From an uncultured Verrucomicrobiae bacterium (GTDB taxonomy: Bacteria; Verrucomicrobiota; Verrucomicrobiia; Palsa-1439), in the NCBI GenBank assembly GCA_963812605.1, contig CAWEWF010000008.1, positions 128,001-192,000 on the forward strand: a DNA stretch of 64,000 nt, given 5' to 3'. A program made the position numbers and the translations under genes. This document shows positions 34,501 through 43,803 of this stretch, one piece after another (the stretch's first letter is position 1; each line of letters starts with the position of its first letter). The notes below the pieces were generated by a model that was not told the DNA's origin, did no database searches, and saw nothing but the letters and a program-made list of their open reading frames with translations.

Positions 34501-35307
34501 GGCACCCATCTCTATGTCGTCTGCCGCCGCGGCCTCGAGGTTGTCGATATCAGTGACCCACTTCATCCGAAGATCGAAGGCGAACTAACTGATACCACGC
34601 TGAAGAACCCGCGCGCCATCGTCGTGCAGTTCCGGTATGCGTTTGTCGCCGACGATGAGGGAGTCAAGGTGCTGGATATCACCGATCCGTCGCACCCGCG
34701 CGCCGTACCGGGCGCAGTGGTTGCACTGGCTCATGCTGGTCGGCTCTATGCCGCACGCACCTATCTCTATGTGCCCGACGGCCCGGAGGGCCTGGCGATC
34801 ATCGATATCGAAAATCCCGAAAAACCGCGCCTTGACCAGATGTTCAATGCCAACGGCGTACTCAACGATTGTCGTGCCGTGCAGATTGGCAGTGTCAATG
34901 CTTCGATGTTCGCCTTGGCGGCCGACGGCACAAATGGGTTCCGCGTGGTGCAGCTCATCTCGCCCGATACGGTGCCCGGTTACATGGGCTTCAGCCCGCG
35001 CCCAAGTCCGAAGCTAATCGCAACGTACCCCATCCACGATGGGTCGGCCCTGGCCGTTTCGCGCGGCCTGGACCGCGATCGCGTCGTGGACGAAACCGGC
35101 AATCAAACCGTGGTCTTTGGAAGACGCGGTTCACGACCCTTCCACGTTGATGAGATGCTGTCCTTCTACCGCCATGGCGCGACCGGTGAACTTTATCGCG
35201 TCTCCGATGAGGTCGGCGGCGACCGGTTGCCGTTCACGCCTTTAGAACCGGCAGGAGTTAATGAGAGTCCGGCAGCGACCAGGCGTATTTTCCCTCGCGG
35301 AGAGTGA
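31563..35307 (+). CDS. Large decaheme cytochrome c with C-terminal LVIVD-repeat beta-propeller (frameshift near 32098)
   Basis: Signal peptide; CLECH, CTDCH, CGLCH, CAACH, CMVCH, CVDCH, CIDCH, CQICH, CFGCH, CSDCH; LVIVD repeats YLYTANG..GFEVFDV, GLEVVDISDP, YAFVADDEGVKVLDITDP, YLYV.DG.EGLAIIDIENP. Confidence 0.88.
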
Positions 35308-35328
35308 CCCCGGGCCGGGCAACAGGTG

Positions 35329-35874
35329 TCAGCGCCGCGCGGTACCACCTACCGCAGTCACGGTCTCGCAGGGAGTTTCACGTGCCCAGAAGCGTGAGAG
35401 CAGCATCGAGTCGATGTATTTTTTATCGACCGTACGCAATCGTGCGGCGACAGAACGGATGACTCCGAGCAGGAACTTGGCTCCGATTGCAGGATATTGA
35501 TCCAGTATGCTCGTGAACGCCTGCCTGGTAAGCTTGAGTAGTTTGCAGTGACGTTTTGCGACGACATCGGCACAGCGCGGTCCCTCGCTAAACAAGGCGA
35601 TCTCACCGAAGAAATCGCCGGTTTCGAGGGTTGCCAAGATCGTCTCGCGACCATTGGCGAATTCGCTGACGCGCACTTCACCGTCGAAAAGGAGGTACAT
35701 GCAATCGCCGGCGTCGCCCTTTTTGACAATGATTCGGTTTTGATCGATTTCACAAAACTCTATCAGCCCAAGGAACACTTTGGCCTGGTCCTCGGTCATA
35801 TCCGCAAAGACCTTCAGCCTGCGGAGGTGCGCGGGGGTCAAAGCCGAATTTTTTAAGGATTGGACATCTTTCAC
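35329..35874 (-). CDS. Stand-alone cyclic-nucleotide-binding protein (no HTH seen)
   Basis: IVKKGDAGDCMYLL..GEVRV, GDFFGEIALF..PRCADV. Probable GTG start at 35874 within ORF 35329..36099. Confidence 0.85.
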   Translation of the reverse strand: MKDVQSLKNSALTPAHLRRLKVFADMTEDQAKVFLGLIEFCEIDQNRIIVKKGDAGDCMYLLFDGEVRVSEFANGRETILATLETGDFFGEIALFSEGPRCADVVAKRHCKLLKLTRQAFTSILDQYPAIGAKFLLGVIRSVAARLRTVDKKYIDSMLLSRFWARETPCETVTAVGGTARR

Positions 35875-36102
35875 TGTCTGAATTCCAAGGCTAATAGGGA
35901 GAGTAGCAACTAGGGCACGGAAGGCAATACCAAAACTCGTCGGCCCTGGGAAACCACGGGTACATCGTGACCTCGTGGAGTAAAAACCCTGATTTGCAAC
36001 CAGTGCACGCTGAATGACCAGATGCAGGAATAGTGGTCGTGAGATTGACGTAGCTCTTCGTTGACGCTGCCGGTGATATAGGCCAGCATTCGCTTCCAAG
36101 AC

Positions 36103-36348
36103 GTGTTCTGCTCGCCGCGAGGCTCTCCAGGGAAATTCAGCAAGGACGATTTTCTTGATCGTTCGGCACTCGCCATGATGGCGTTTGGCACCGTCCTAGC
36201 TGTCCTGGCTGTTTGGCGGTATCACAAGGTCCATCGCACTATCGAGGAAGGTCGCGTTAAAGCCGATTGCGGGCCGGTCCTTTTGGTCACCGTTCTTGTC
36301 ATACTGCTGACACCGGAAATGCTTGCCTTCATGCTGCTCAACCATTGA
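36103..36348 (+). pseudogene. C-terminal fragment resembling a YidH/DUF202 membrane protein
   Basis: ALAMMAFGTVLAVLAVWRYHKVHRTIEEG followed by a TM; the conserved N-terminal part is absent. Confidence 0.4.
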
Positions 36349-36570
36349 AGGCGTCTCAGATCATGACGCCGCGCCAGACGGGTCTGGCGCATTTCGGCCG
36401 ATGTCCAACTCCGCCGGCCACGTTTTCCGGTCCGTCAGTTCTGTCATTCTGAGTTGTGCTTGAAACAGCACGGGCGAATCTCACAGAACACGACAGTGCG
36501 TGACAGCGCCACTTACGTGGCCCCTCGGCGTCAGTGCCGGAAACGCTACGCACGTCGGTCGCCGCTTGAA

Positions 36571-36819
36571 CTACGACTCTTGCTGCCTGAGTTGTCGTTC
36601 CGCCTCGACCCAATGCTCGGCATCGTGACCATGTTCGCAACCGCGTGCGAGCCAGATTTCGTAAGCGCGTTTTGCGATTTGTTCTTGGGTCAGAGTGATT
36701 TCTTTCTTCGATGTTTTGGACGCGGGCGTGGTGCTCGCTACCCCGCGTGGTTTCGACTTCGGGTCAACCGGTTGGGACACGATGCCTGACTTACGATTCT
36801 GTTGGACCTCCGTCGTCAT
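36571..36819 (-). CDS. DUF2934 domain protein
   Basis: EQIAKRAYEIWLARGCEHGHDAEHWVEAERQL signature. Confidence 0.88.
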   Translation of the reverse strand: MTTEVQQNRKSGIVSQPVDPKSKPRGVASTTPASKTSKKEITLTQEQIAKRAYEIWLARGCEHGHDAEHWVEAERQLRQQES

Positions 36820-36975
36820 AAATCGATCCTTTCTTTGAATGGTGGTGTACCCTCAGACACAACTGTTTAAGACGCGAATGAAACCCGGTCAAGTGATTAT
36901 TTCTTGTCCCGCCGACCGCAATCGAGTCGGGGGCACAACTTGAGTCGCGTCTCTCCAGTTTCGATATGAAGATCG

Positions 36976-37295
36976 ATGGCAGTCGAAATGTTTCAGACGT
37001 TCCGATGGACTGGCCCGTATGCTTTCTCGTGGGCTTCCTTCCGTGTTGTTCCCCTCGGAGAGGAGGACGCACAAGATCTGGCAACGGCGCGGTTTTTTGT
37101 GCGCCTGCAAGCGCTCGCAGCGTGCGGATCCTCCGCGTTGGAATGGTACCGGCTGGCCACTGGACGATTCCCCGACAAGTTGGACGCGCTCGCGCCGCGT
37201 TTCATCACTCAATTGCCTCACGACGGGATCACCGGCGAGCCCTACCAATACCGTCGCACTGCCTTTGGCCAGTTTGTGCTCACTCCGTCGGTTGG
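36976..37295 (+). pseudogene. Remnant of a PVC-type GspG-like C-terminal domain protein
   Basis: ALEWYRLATGRFPDKLDALAPRFITQLPHDGITGEPYQYRRT..QFVL.SVG; no N-terminus; runs into the convergent gene. Confidence 0.5.
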
Positions 37296-39044
37296 TCACT
37301 TCTCGCCCGACTGGGTTACTGTGAACGTCTCGCCGGCGATGGTGATCGTGCCCGTGAGAATGTTGGTACTCGTGTTGGCTGGTATAGCGTAGGTGACCGT
37401 TCCCTTGCCAACCCCATTCGTACCGGCCGTGATCGTGATAAATGAATCATTGCTAACCGCTGTCCAATCGCAATCACTGAGGTTGGGGTTGACTCTTACA
37501 GTCTTGGCCCCGCCGGTGGCTGTGAAATTGGCGGACTTGGGGCTCAGCTTGAAGGTGCATCCACCAGCATCCTGATTGACGGTGAAGGTCTGGCCGGCAA
37601 TCGTCATCGTGCCGCTCAAGGCCGTGGTGTTCGTGTTGCCGGGGATGGTGTAATCGACCTTGCCGTTGCCCGTGCCGCTGCTGCCGGAAGTGATCGTGAT
37701 GAATGGATCGTTGCTCACCGCCGTCCATTCGCAGCTGGTACCTTTGACTTTTACGATTACGTTTTTCGAGCCGCCCTTGACCGCGAGTGTGACGTTGGTG
37801 GCACTGAGCGTGAAGGTGCAGACGCTGATCGTGTTGGTGTCAAGCCTGAACACGATGCCGTCGCTGTTCGCCCCGCCCTGGCCGGTCGTCCCATAGAAAT
37901 TGCTGTCGCTGCCTTGCACTAGCCCGGCCGCTGGACTGGCCCCATCGTTGGGGGGGCCGGCAAAAGCGTAAAGATTGGTGTAGTTGCCGTGCGGACTGAT
38001 CCGAAACGCGATACCGTTGCCGAACGTCCCGCCTGAGGAGGTCGTCCCGTAGAAATTGCCGTCGCGGCCCTGCACCAGCCCGGCTTGTGGTTCGGCTCCA
38101 TCGCCAGGATAGCCAGCAAAGGAGTAAAAATTCGCGAGGCTTCCGCTGCGACTGATCCGAAACACGTTGCCATAGCCGTTCGTCCCACCCATCACGGTTG
38201 TCCCGTAGAAATCGCCGTCGCTACCCTCGACCAGCCCGGCGACTGGTTCGTATCCATCGCCGGGGTGGCTGCCAAACGAGTAAAGATTCGTGTAGCTGCC
38301 GCTGGGACTGATCCGAAACACGGTGCCGAAGTCGATCGTCCCGCCGAAAGCGGTCGTGCCATAGAAATTACTGTCGCTGCCCTGTACCAGCCCGGCTTGT
38401 GGATTGGCCCCGTCGGTGGGAGAACCGACAAACGAGTAGAGATTCGTGTAGCTGCCGCTGGGACTGATCCGAAACACGGTGCCGTCGGCGTTCGCCCCGC
38501 CCGAGGAGGTCGTCCCGTAGAAATTGCCGTCGCGGCCCTGTACCAGCCCGGCTTGTGGATTGGCCCCGTCGGTCGGAGAGCCGACAAACGAGTAGAGATT
38601 CGTGTAGCTGCCGCTGGGACTGATCCGAAACACGGTGCCAGTGTTGTTCGCACCGCCGAGAAGGGTCGTGCCATAGAAATTGCTGTCGCTGCCTTGTACC
38701 AGCCCGGCAACTGGTTCGTATCCATCGCCGGGGTAGCTGCCAAACGAATAAAGATTCGTGTAGCTGCCGCTGGGACTGATCCGAAATACAGTGCCCAGCC
38801 CTCCGTCGGGTACGTCGTTCGTCCCGCCGAAAGCGGTCGTCCCGTAGAAATTCCCGTCGAGGCCCTGCACCAGCCCGGCTTGTGGATTGGCCCCGTCGGT
38901 GGGAGAGCCGACAAACGAGTAGAGATTCGTGTCCGTCCATGCGTTGGCATTGAACGTCCGACCAGCCAAAACCAAAAGGATCAAGGCGATGATAAACCGG
39001 GGTGTTTTTCCCGTCGCTAGTCCAACTTGAATTGGTTTGTTCAT
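37296..39044 (-). CDS. GloVer (Gloeo_Verruco) tandem-repeat protein, 7 repeats, with two C-terminal BACON-like domains
   Basis: Signal peptide; seven ~52-aa units NLYSF..DG..P.AGLVQG.D.NFYGTT..GG..GTVFRISPSG; two C..WTAVSND.FITIT.G..G.G.V.Y.I.AN domains. Confidence 0.9.
   Translation of the reverse strand: MNKPIQVGLATGKTPRFIIALILLVLAGRTFNANAWTDTNLYSFVGSPTDGANPQAGLVQGLDGNFYGTTAFGGTNDVPDGGLGTVFRISPSGSYTNLYSFGSYPGDGYEPVAGLVQGSDSNFYGTTLLGGANNTGTVFRISPSGSYTNLYSFVGSPTDGANPQAGLVQGRDGNFYGTTSSGGANADGTVFRISPSGSYTNLYSFVGSPTDGANPQAGLVQGSDSNFYGTTAFGGTIDFGTVFRISPSGSYTNLYSFGSHPGDGYEPVAGLVEGSDGDFYGTTVMGGTNGYGNVFRISRSGSLANFYSFAGYPGDGAEPQAGLVQGRDGNFYGTTSSGGTFGNGIAFRISPHGNYTNLYAFAGPPNDGASPAAGLVQGSDSNFYGTTGQGGANSDGIVFRLDTNTISVCTFTLSATNVTLAVKGGSKNVIVKVKGTSCEWTAVSNDPFITITSGSSGTGNGKVDYTIPGNTNTTALSGTMTIAGQTFTVNQDAGGCTFKLSPKSANFTATGGAKTVRVNPNLSDCDWTAVSNDSFITITAGTNGVGKGTVTYAIPANTSTNILTGTITIAGETFTVTQSGEK
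37860..38935 (-). repeat. Coding tandem repeat of about 156 bp, highly similar at DNA level
   Basis: For example GGATTGGCCCCGTCGGT..GACAAACGAGTAGAGATTCGTGTAGCTGCCGCTGGGACTGATCCGAAACACGGTGCC recurs at 38401 and 38557. Confidence 0.9.
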
Positions 39045-39607
39045 ACCCGACGCTTCTTTCCAAGACTTTGCCTCACCCTGTCTTTAGCAAGCCGAGACTA
39101 GTATTCTGGCAATGGTAAGTCGAGCCATTCCGCCAAAGTTCCACCACGATCTCCCGTCGCACTTTTCGACCGCCCTTCACACACGACCGAATCAATAAGG
39201 CCCAAACACAAACGCATCAGTGGGTTGAATTATTCTCCGTTACAACTGACCCTATTCGACGGAAAAATTGTCCACACATTCTGGCCTCAACATTGCCATC
39301 CTCGTTCAAGCCGTCCGCTCGGGAACCAATCTCAAACTACATGCCGCGTCAGCCGGAGACGGTCAAACGTGCAGCCTCCTCGGCGGTGATGGGTTTGGAG
39401 TGACGCCACTCACCGAGCGTGCCGCCAAAATCAACCCATTTGCCCGACGCCTTGTCAAAACCAACAGCGGCCTGTCATCCTCCATCTGGAGCGAGTCGAG
39501 CACTCGCCCGTCGAGCAACTTGGAGAACCGGTCGTATGGGTTATCGCGCATCCCCTCGTAGCCGCGGCGGCTCTCGCGTCAGGTCCAACACGATCTCCCA
39601 GCCTGTT

Positions 39608-39799
39608 ATGCGGCGATTCACTCGGTTGACCAACGGGTTTGGCAAAAAGGTCGAGAATTTGGAGCACAACGTCGCGCTGTACTTCATGCACTACAACTTC
39701 TGCCGTATCCACCAGACCTTGCGTTGCACCCCGGCAATGGAAGCGGGGGTAACAGACTATGTTTGGGATTTGAGCGAAGTTGTGGCCTTGTTGGATTGA
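39608..39799 (+). mobile_element. IS1-family transposase C-terminal fragment
   Basis: MRRFTRLTNGFGKKVENL..VALYFMHYNFCRIHQTLRCTPAMEAGVTD.VW; N-terminal part missing. Confidence 0.85.
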
Positions 39800-39851
39800 G
39801 CCCGTTTCCTCTTCTTTTAGCGTCCCTCCCGTGGCAGGATTTTGACAGATG

Positions 39852-40766
39852 TCACTCGTACCACAAACCCCACCAACGGGAGGAACTCTTCGCACACTGC
39901 GAGAGCCATGCAGCGAGCGCGTCATTTATCTCCACAACACGACGGCTCCTCTTTTTCGCAACAGCGGCCCCCACTATGATCGTCCTCTCCGCCAGTTTAA
40001 CTGCGCTCCAATCCAGCCTTAGCAGCTCGGCACTCCGCAGTCCGGCGAAAAGTCCAAAGCTGATATAGGCAAGCAGGTCATACTCCGCAGCGTGTTGTAA
40101 GAGGCGGAATGCTTGATCCACAGTAAAGATACTTGGCTCAGAATCCTCAGCGTCGGGGCGCGGGATGCTGGCCGCAATATTATATTCGCACCAGCCGTTG
40201 CCGATGGCGAAATTAAAAAGTTGTGACACCTTCACTGAGTAGTTAATCCGGCTGCGGGCTGATAACGTCGGGTCTTGCAACCAGTCTTTAAGTTCCTCGC
40301 GGCTGATCTCCGCAATGGGCCGGGTGCCGAAAGTCTCCGCGAATACGTTCAGTCGGCAGAACAAGTCTTTGACCGTGCTTTCGCGGCGGTGATTTGATTC
40401 GGCGTCGGCAATTAGCTTGGCGACGATCTCTGAAACGGTCGGGGCGTTGCGGTACTTCAAGACGTGTCCACAGTAATGGTCAACGGCCTCTTTGATAGTG
40501 GCGTTGTGCGGCGTCAACTTCTCGACTGCCTCAGCAGCTTGGCCCCGGACAGATTCGGAAATGGAGAAGGCCGTCGCACCCTGGTTCTCTACCATCTGGC
40601 GGATTTGCGCGGCACGGGTCTCTGCTTCCTCTTTGGTGGCGTAGGCCTCTCGAATCCGTTGGCCGTCGATCATACACGCGACTTGCCAGCCGCGCTTCCC
40701 GCTGGCATACTTCAATTCGTGAATTGGTGGCCATTGTTTCGGCTTCTTTGCTCGCTTGGTTGTCAT
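39852..40766 (-). pseudogene. Tyrosine recombinase/integrase, C-terminally truncated
   Basis: N-terminal arm-binding and core-binding regions; catalytic GLRSAEL (Arg) and AKKRSRR (Lys) present; no HxxR or Tyr box before the stop or in nearby frames. Confidence 0.8.
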
Positions 40767-40774
40767 GGCGTTGT

Positions 40775-40840
40775 ACTAATTTCCACGCCGCATTTTGCCA
40801 CTAATTGCCAAGTGGATTAAGTCATATTTGCGTAAGTCAT
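40775..40840. promoter_or_regulatory. Short direct repeats between integrase and tRNA; putative integrase arm-type sites
   Basis: ACTAATT(T/G)CCA at 40775 and 40800; TAAGTCAT at 40818 and 40833. Confidence 0.45.
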
Positions 40841-40844
40841 TGAT

Positions 40845-40934
40845 GGAGGGGTGCCAGAGTGGTTGAACGGGCTGGTCTCGAAAACCAGTAATGCCGCAAG
40901 GCATTCGTGGGTTCGAATCCCACCCCCTCCGCCA
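40845..40934 (+). tRNA. tRNA-Ser(CGA)
   Basis: GGAGGGG/CCCCTCC acceptor stem with GCCA end; anticodon arm CTGGT-CTCGAAA-ACCAG; long variable arm AATGCC-GCAA-GGCATT; GGTTCGAATCC T-loop. Confidence 0.97.
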
Positions 40935-40935
40935 C

Positions 40936-42248
40936 TCACCGGTTGGGATTCCCGCGATAGGCGCGCGCCAGCAGCGTGACGGGGTGCACGACCTTGATAT
41001 CCAGGCCGAATTCCTGTGCGCCGTAACGGATCTGGCCGATGCAGCCGGGATTTCCGGTCGCAACGACTGACGCGCCGGACGCGGCGATGTGTTTCATTTT
41101 GCGTTCGAGCAGTGTCCGGCTCATCTCCGGCTGGGTGATGTTGTAAATGCCCGCCGAACCACAGCACCACGTGGCCTCGGCCAACTCGACCAGTTCCACA
41201 CCGGGAATCGCGCGCAACAGTTCGCGCGGCTGCTGCGAGATCTTTTGCCCGTGCACGAGATGACACGCCTCGTGGTACGTCACGCGCGTCGTTGCGGGCC
41301 GTGCGTCCTCACGGGGCGGTTGAATGCCGATCTTCACCAGCCATTCATGGATGTCGTGGACTTTCTCGTCCCAGAGCCCGGCGCGTGGATCCTCCGGCAG
41401 CAGATGCCCGTAACGTTTCATGAAAGAACCGCAGCCGGCGCTATTGACGATGATCGCGTCGAGTTTCTCCAACGGGAAAACGTCGAGGTTCCGCAGGGCC
41501 AGCCTTCTCGCCAGCCCAAGTTCACCGTTATGTCCCATCAACGAACCACAGCAGCACTGACTGCGTGGTGTGAAGACTTCGCAGCCATTCGCCAGCAATA
41601 CATCCACCGTGTCGCGGTTCACGTCCGCATAGGCGACGTCCTGTACACAGCCCACCAACAAGCCAACGCGATAGCGACTCGGACCTGCGGGTGACTCGGT
41701 TTCCCGTATCAAATCGAAGGAGAACCTTGTCGCAAATCTTCGGCTGCTGCGCGCGCAATTCCCGCAGCCGCTTCGGCAAAAGCGACGCGAATGCCCGGGA
41801 AAAACCGGCGAGCCTCGTCGAGACGAAGAAGTTTCGCGATGAAACGCAGCCGCTGGGGCCTGGCGAACAACCACCGCAACGCGAATGCTCGAAGGAAGTC
41901 GCGCGTCGCACCGGCTTTCGCTCCGCTGGATTCGACCTCGGCGCGGGCATACTCAATCATCTCGGCATAGTTCACTCCCGCCGGACAAGCGGTTTCACAG
42001 GCCAGACAACCGAGACAGAAATACATTTCGTCGGCAAACTGCGGAGAATTCGGCGCGAGCCGGTGGTCCGCCACCGCCCGCATCAAGGCGATCCGCCCCC
42101 GCGGGCTGCTGGTCTCGTGCTTCGTCGCCTCGTAGGTGGGACACGTGGGCAAACACATCCCGCAATGGATGCATTGCTGCAGGATGGAGTAGTCGAGCTG
42201 CTTCAGCAGACCTGGCTCAGTCGAAGATTTTGCCGGGATTGAGGACAT
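40936..42248 (-). CDS. glcF: Glycolate/lactate oxidase iron-sulfur subunit (frameshifted around 41720-41800)
   Basis: CIHCGMCLPTCP and CLGCLACETACP; two CCG domains (QCCCGS, WCCGSAG); TYHEACHL; GNPGC. Confidence 0.9.
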
Positions 42249-43599
42249 GGTTGGGGTCCAACGCGCGCTTGAGAGAGCGCATGACATTCAGGCCGGCCTT
42301 GCCGGCGAATTTTTCCAGAAATTCTTTTTTCGCCAGGCCGACCCCATGTTCACCGGTAATGGTGCCGCCGAGGGCGATGGCTTTCTCGAAGATCTCACGA
42401 AAGGCGGCGTGGACGCGCTTGATTTCTTCCGGATTACGCTCGTCGCAGAGGAATGTCGGGTGCAGGTTGCCGTCGCCGAAGTGGCCAAAGATGCCGATGC
42501 GCAGTTCGTATTTCCGCGCGGTTTGCTGGATAAAGGCGATCATGGCGGCCAACTCACTGCGCGGGACTGTGGCGTCTTCCAAAATCGTTGTCGGCGACAC
42601 ACGCGCCAGTGCGCTGAACGCCGCCCGGCGCGCCGAGGTGAGTTTCTCGGCTTCGGCAATGTCTTTCGCGATGAGCACATCGCGAGCGTGGTGGACGCGC
42701 GCGAGCTCGACCATCCGCGCGGATTCTTCCTCGACGACGGCGGGGTGACCATCGGTTTCCATCAACAAAATGGCTTCGGCATCGAGCGGCAAGCCGATTT
42801 TCGCATAATCTTCGACACAAGCGATGGTGGTCTTGTCGAGAAACTCGAGCGTGCACGGGATGATCTTCTGGGCGATGATGTCGGAGACGGTCTCGGCAGC
42901 ATCGGTCATCGCATCGAACGTGGCCAGCATCGTCCGGCGCGCAGCGGGTCGCGGTAGGAGTTTCAAGAGGATCTGGGTGACCACCCCAAGCGTGCCTTCG
43001 CTGCCGATAAAGAGGTCCTTGAGGGAATACCCGGCGACGTCCTTGACGCATTTCGTGCCGCACCGCAGCAGTTCGCCCGTGGGCAGGACCACTTCCAAAC
43101 CGAGCACGTAATCCCGCGTAACGCCGTACTTCAGCCCGCGCAAACCACCGGAGTTTTCGGCAACGTTGCCGCCGATGGTGGAAATCTTGATCGAGCCGGG
43201 GTCGGGCGGATAAAACAGCCCGTGTGCGCCCGCGGCTTCATCAATGCGCGCGGTCAGCACCCCGGGTTCAACGAGCGCGGTAAGATTCCGCGGGTCGATC
43301 TCGAGGATCCTGTCCATCTTCACCGTGACGAGCACGACGCAGTTTTCCATCGGAATCGTACCACCGCTGAGATTCGTGCCGCTGCCGCGCGGGACAACTT
43401 TGAAGCCTTCGGCGTTCGCCAGTTTCAGCACCTCGCAGATTTGCTGCGCGGACTCAACGAACACGATGGCCTCGGGTTGACGCGCCAGCATCGGTGTCGC
43501 GTCGTAACTGTAGGCAATCCGCTCTTCGACAGAATGTTGAACGTTCGCAGGACCAACGATTTCCACGAGGCGACGCAAGTTATTGGGGGAGAGACTCAT
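42217..43599 (-). CDS. glcD: FAD-linked glycolate/D-lactate oxidase subunit
   Basis: PRGSGTNLSGG, YPPDPGS, STIGGNVAENSGG, GSEGTLG, GHFGDGNLH, GEHGVG, LNPGK. Confidence 0.93.
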   Translation of the reverse strand: MSLSPNNLRRLVEIVGPANVQHSVEERIAYSYDATPMLARQPEAIVFVESAQQICEVLKLANAEGFKVVPRGSGTNLSGGTIPMENCVVLVTVKMDRILEIDPRNLTALVEPGVLTARIDEAAGAHGLFYPPDPGSIKISTIGGNVAENSGGLRGLKYGVTRDYVLGLEVVLPTGELLRCGTKCVKDVAGYSLKDLFIGSEGTLGVVTQILLKLLPRPAARRTMLATFDAMTDAAETVSDIIAQKIIPCTLEFLDKTTIACVEDYAKIGLPLDAEAILLMETDGHPAVVEEESARMVELARVHHARDVLIAKDIAEAEKLTSARRAAFSALARVSPTTILEDATVPRSELAAMIAFIQQTARKYELRIGIFGHFGDGNLHPTFLCDERNPEEIKRVHAAFREIFEKAIALGGTITGEHGVGLAKKEFLEKFAGKAGLNVMRSLKRALDPNHVLNPGKIFD

Positions 43600-43803
43600 G
43601 CGCCAAGTCTGTTGAGTTATCGCAATTCATCCGCCAGCCCAATGACGCTGGGGGCGACAACAGCGGTTCGGCAGACATGCCCAATCGGGGATTGCGGGCC
43701 GGTCCAGACGCTGCGGATTCTACGATTGGTGGAGCGGTGATTCACCATTGGTCACACGACGCGCGACCCCTCCTGTTGGCGGAACGACTCCCGGCCCGAT
43801 TGG

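Noticed and set aside
29354-35307. Canonical MtrAB/PioAB conduit or anammox hydrazine enzymes
   Set aside because: Heme spacing, size and the LVIVD fusion differ from MtrA, and no HAO/HZS-specific context is recognisable; kept only as an analogy.
37860-38935. CRISPR-like periodic repeats
   Set aside because: The period is ~156 bp and in frame within a protein; there are no unique spacers and no cas genes.
39363-39551. Possible BrnT-like toxin remnant
   Set aside because: Resemblance is too weak and short to support by eye.
40845-40934. tRNA-Sec, because of the long variable arm
   Set aside because: The anticodon is CGA and the acceptor stem is 7 bp: an ordinary tRNA-Ser.
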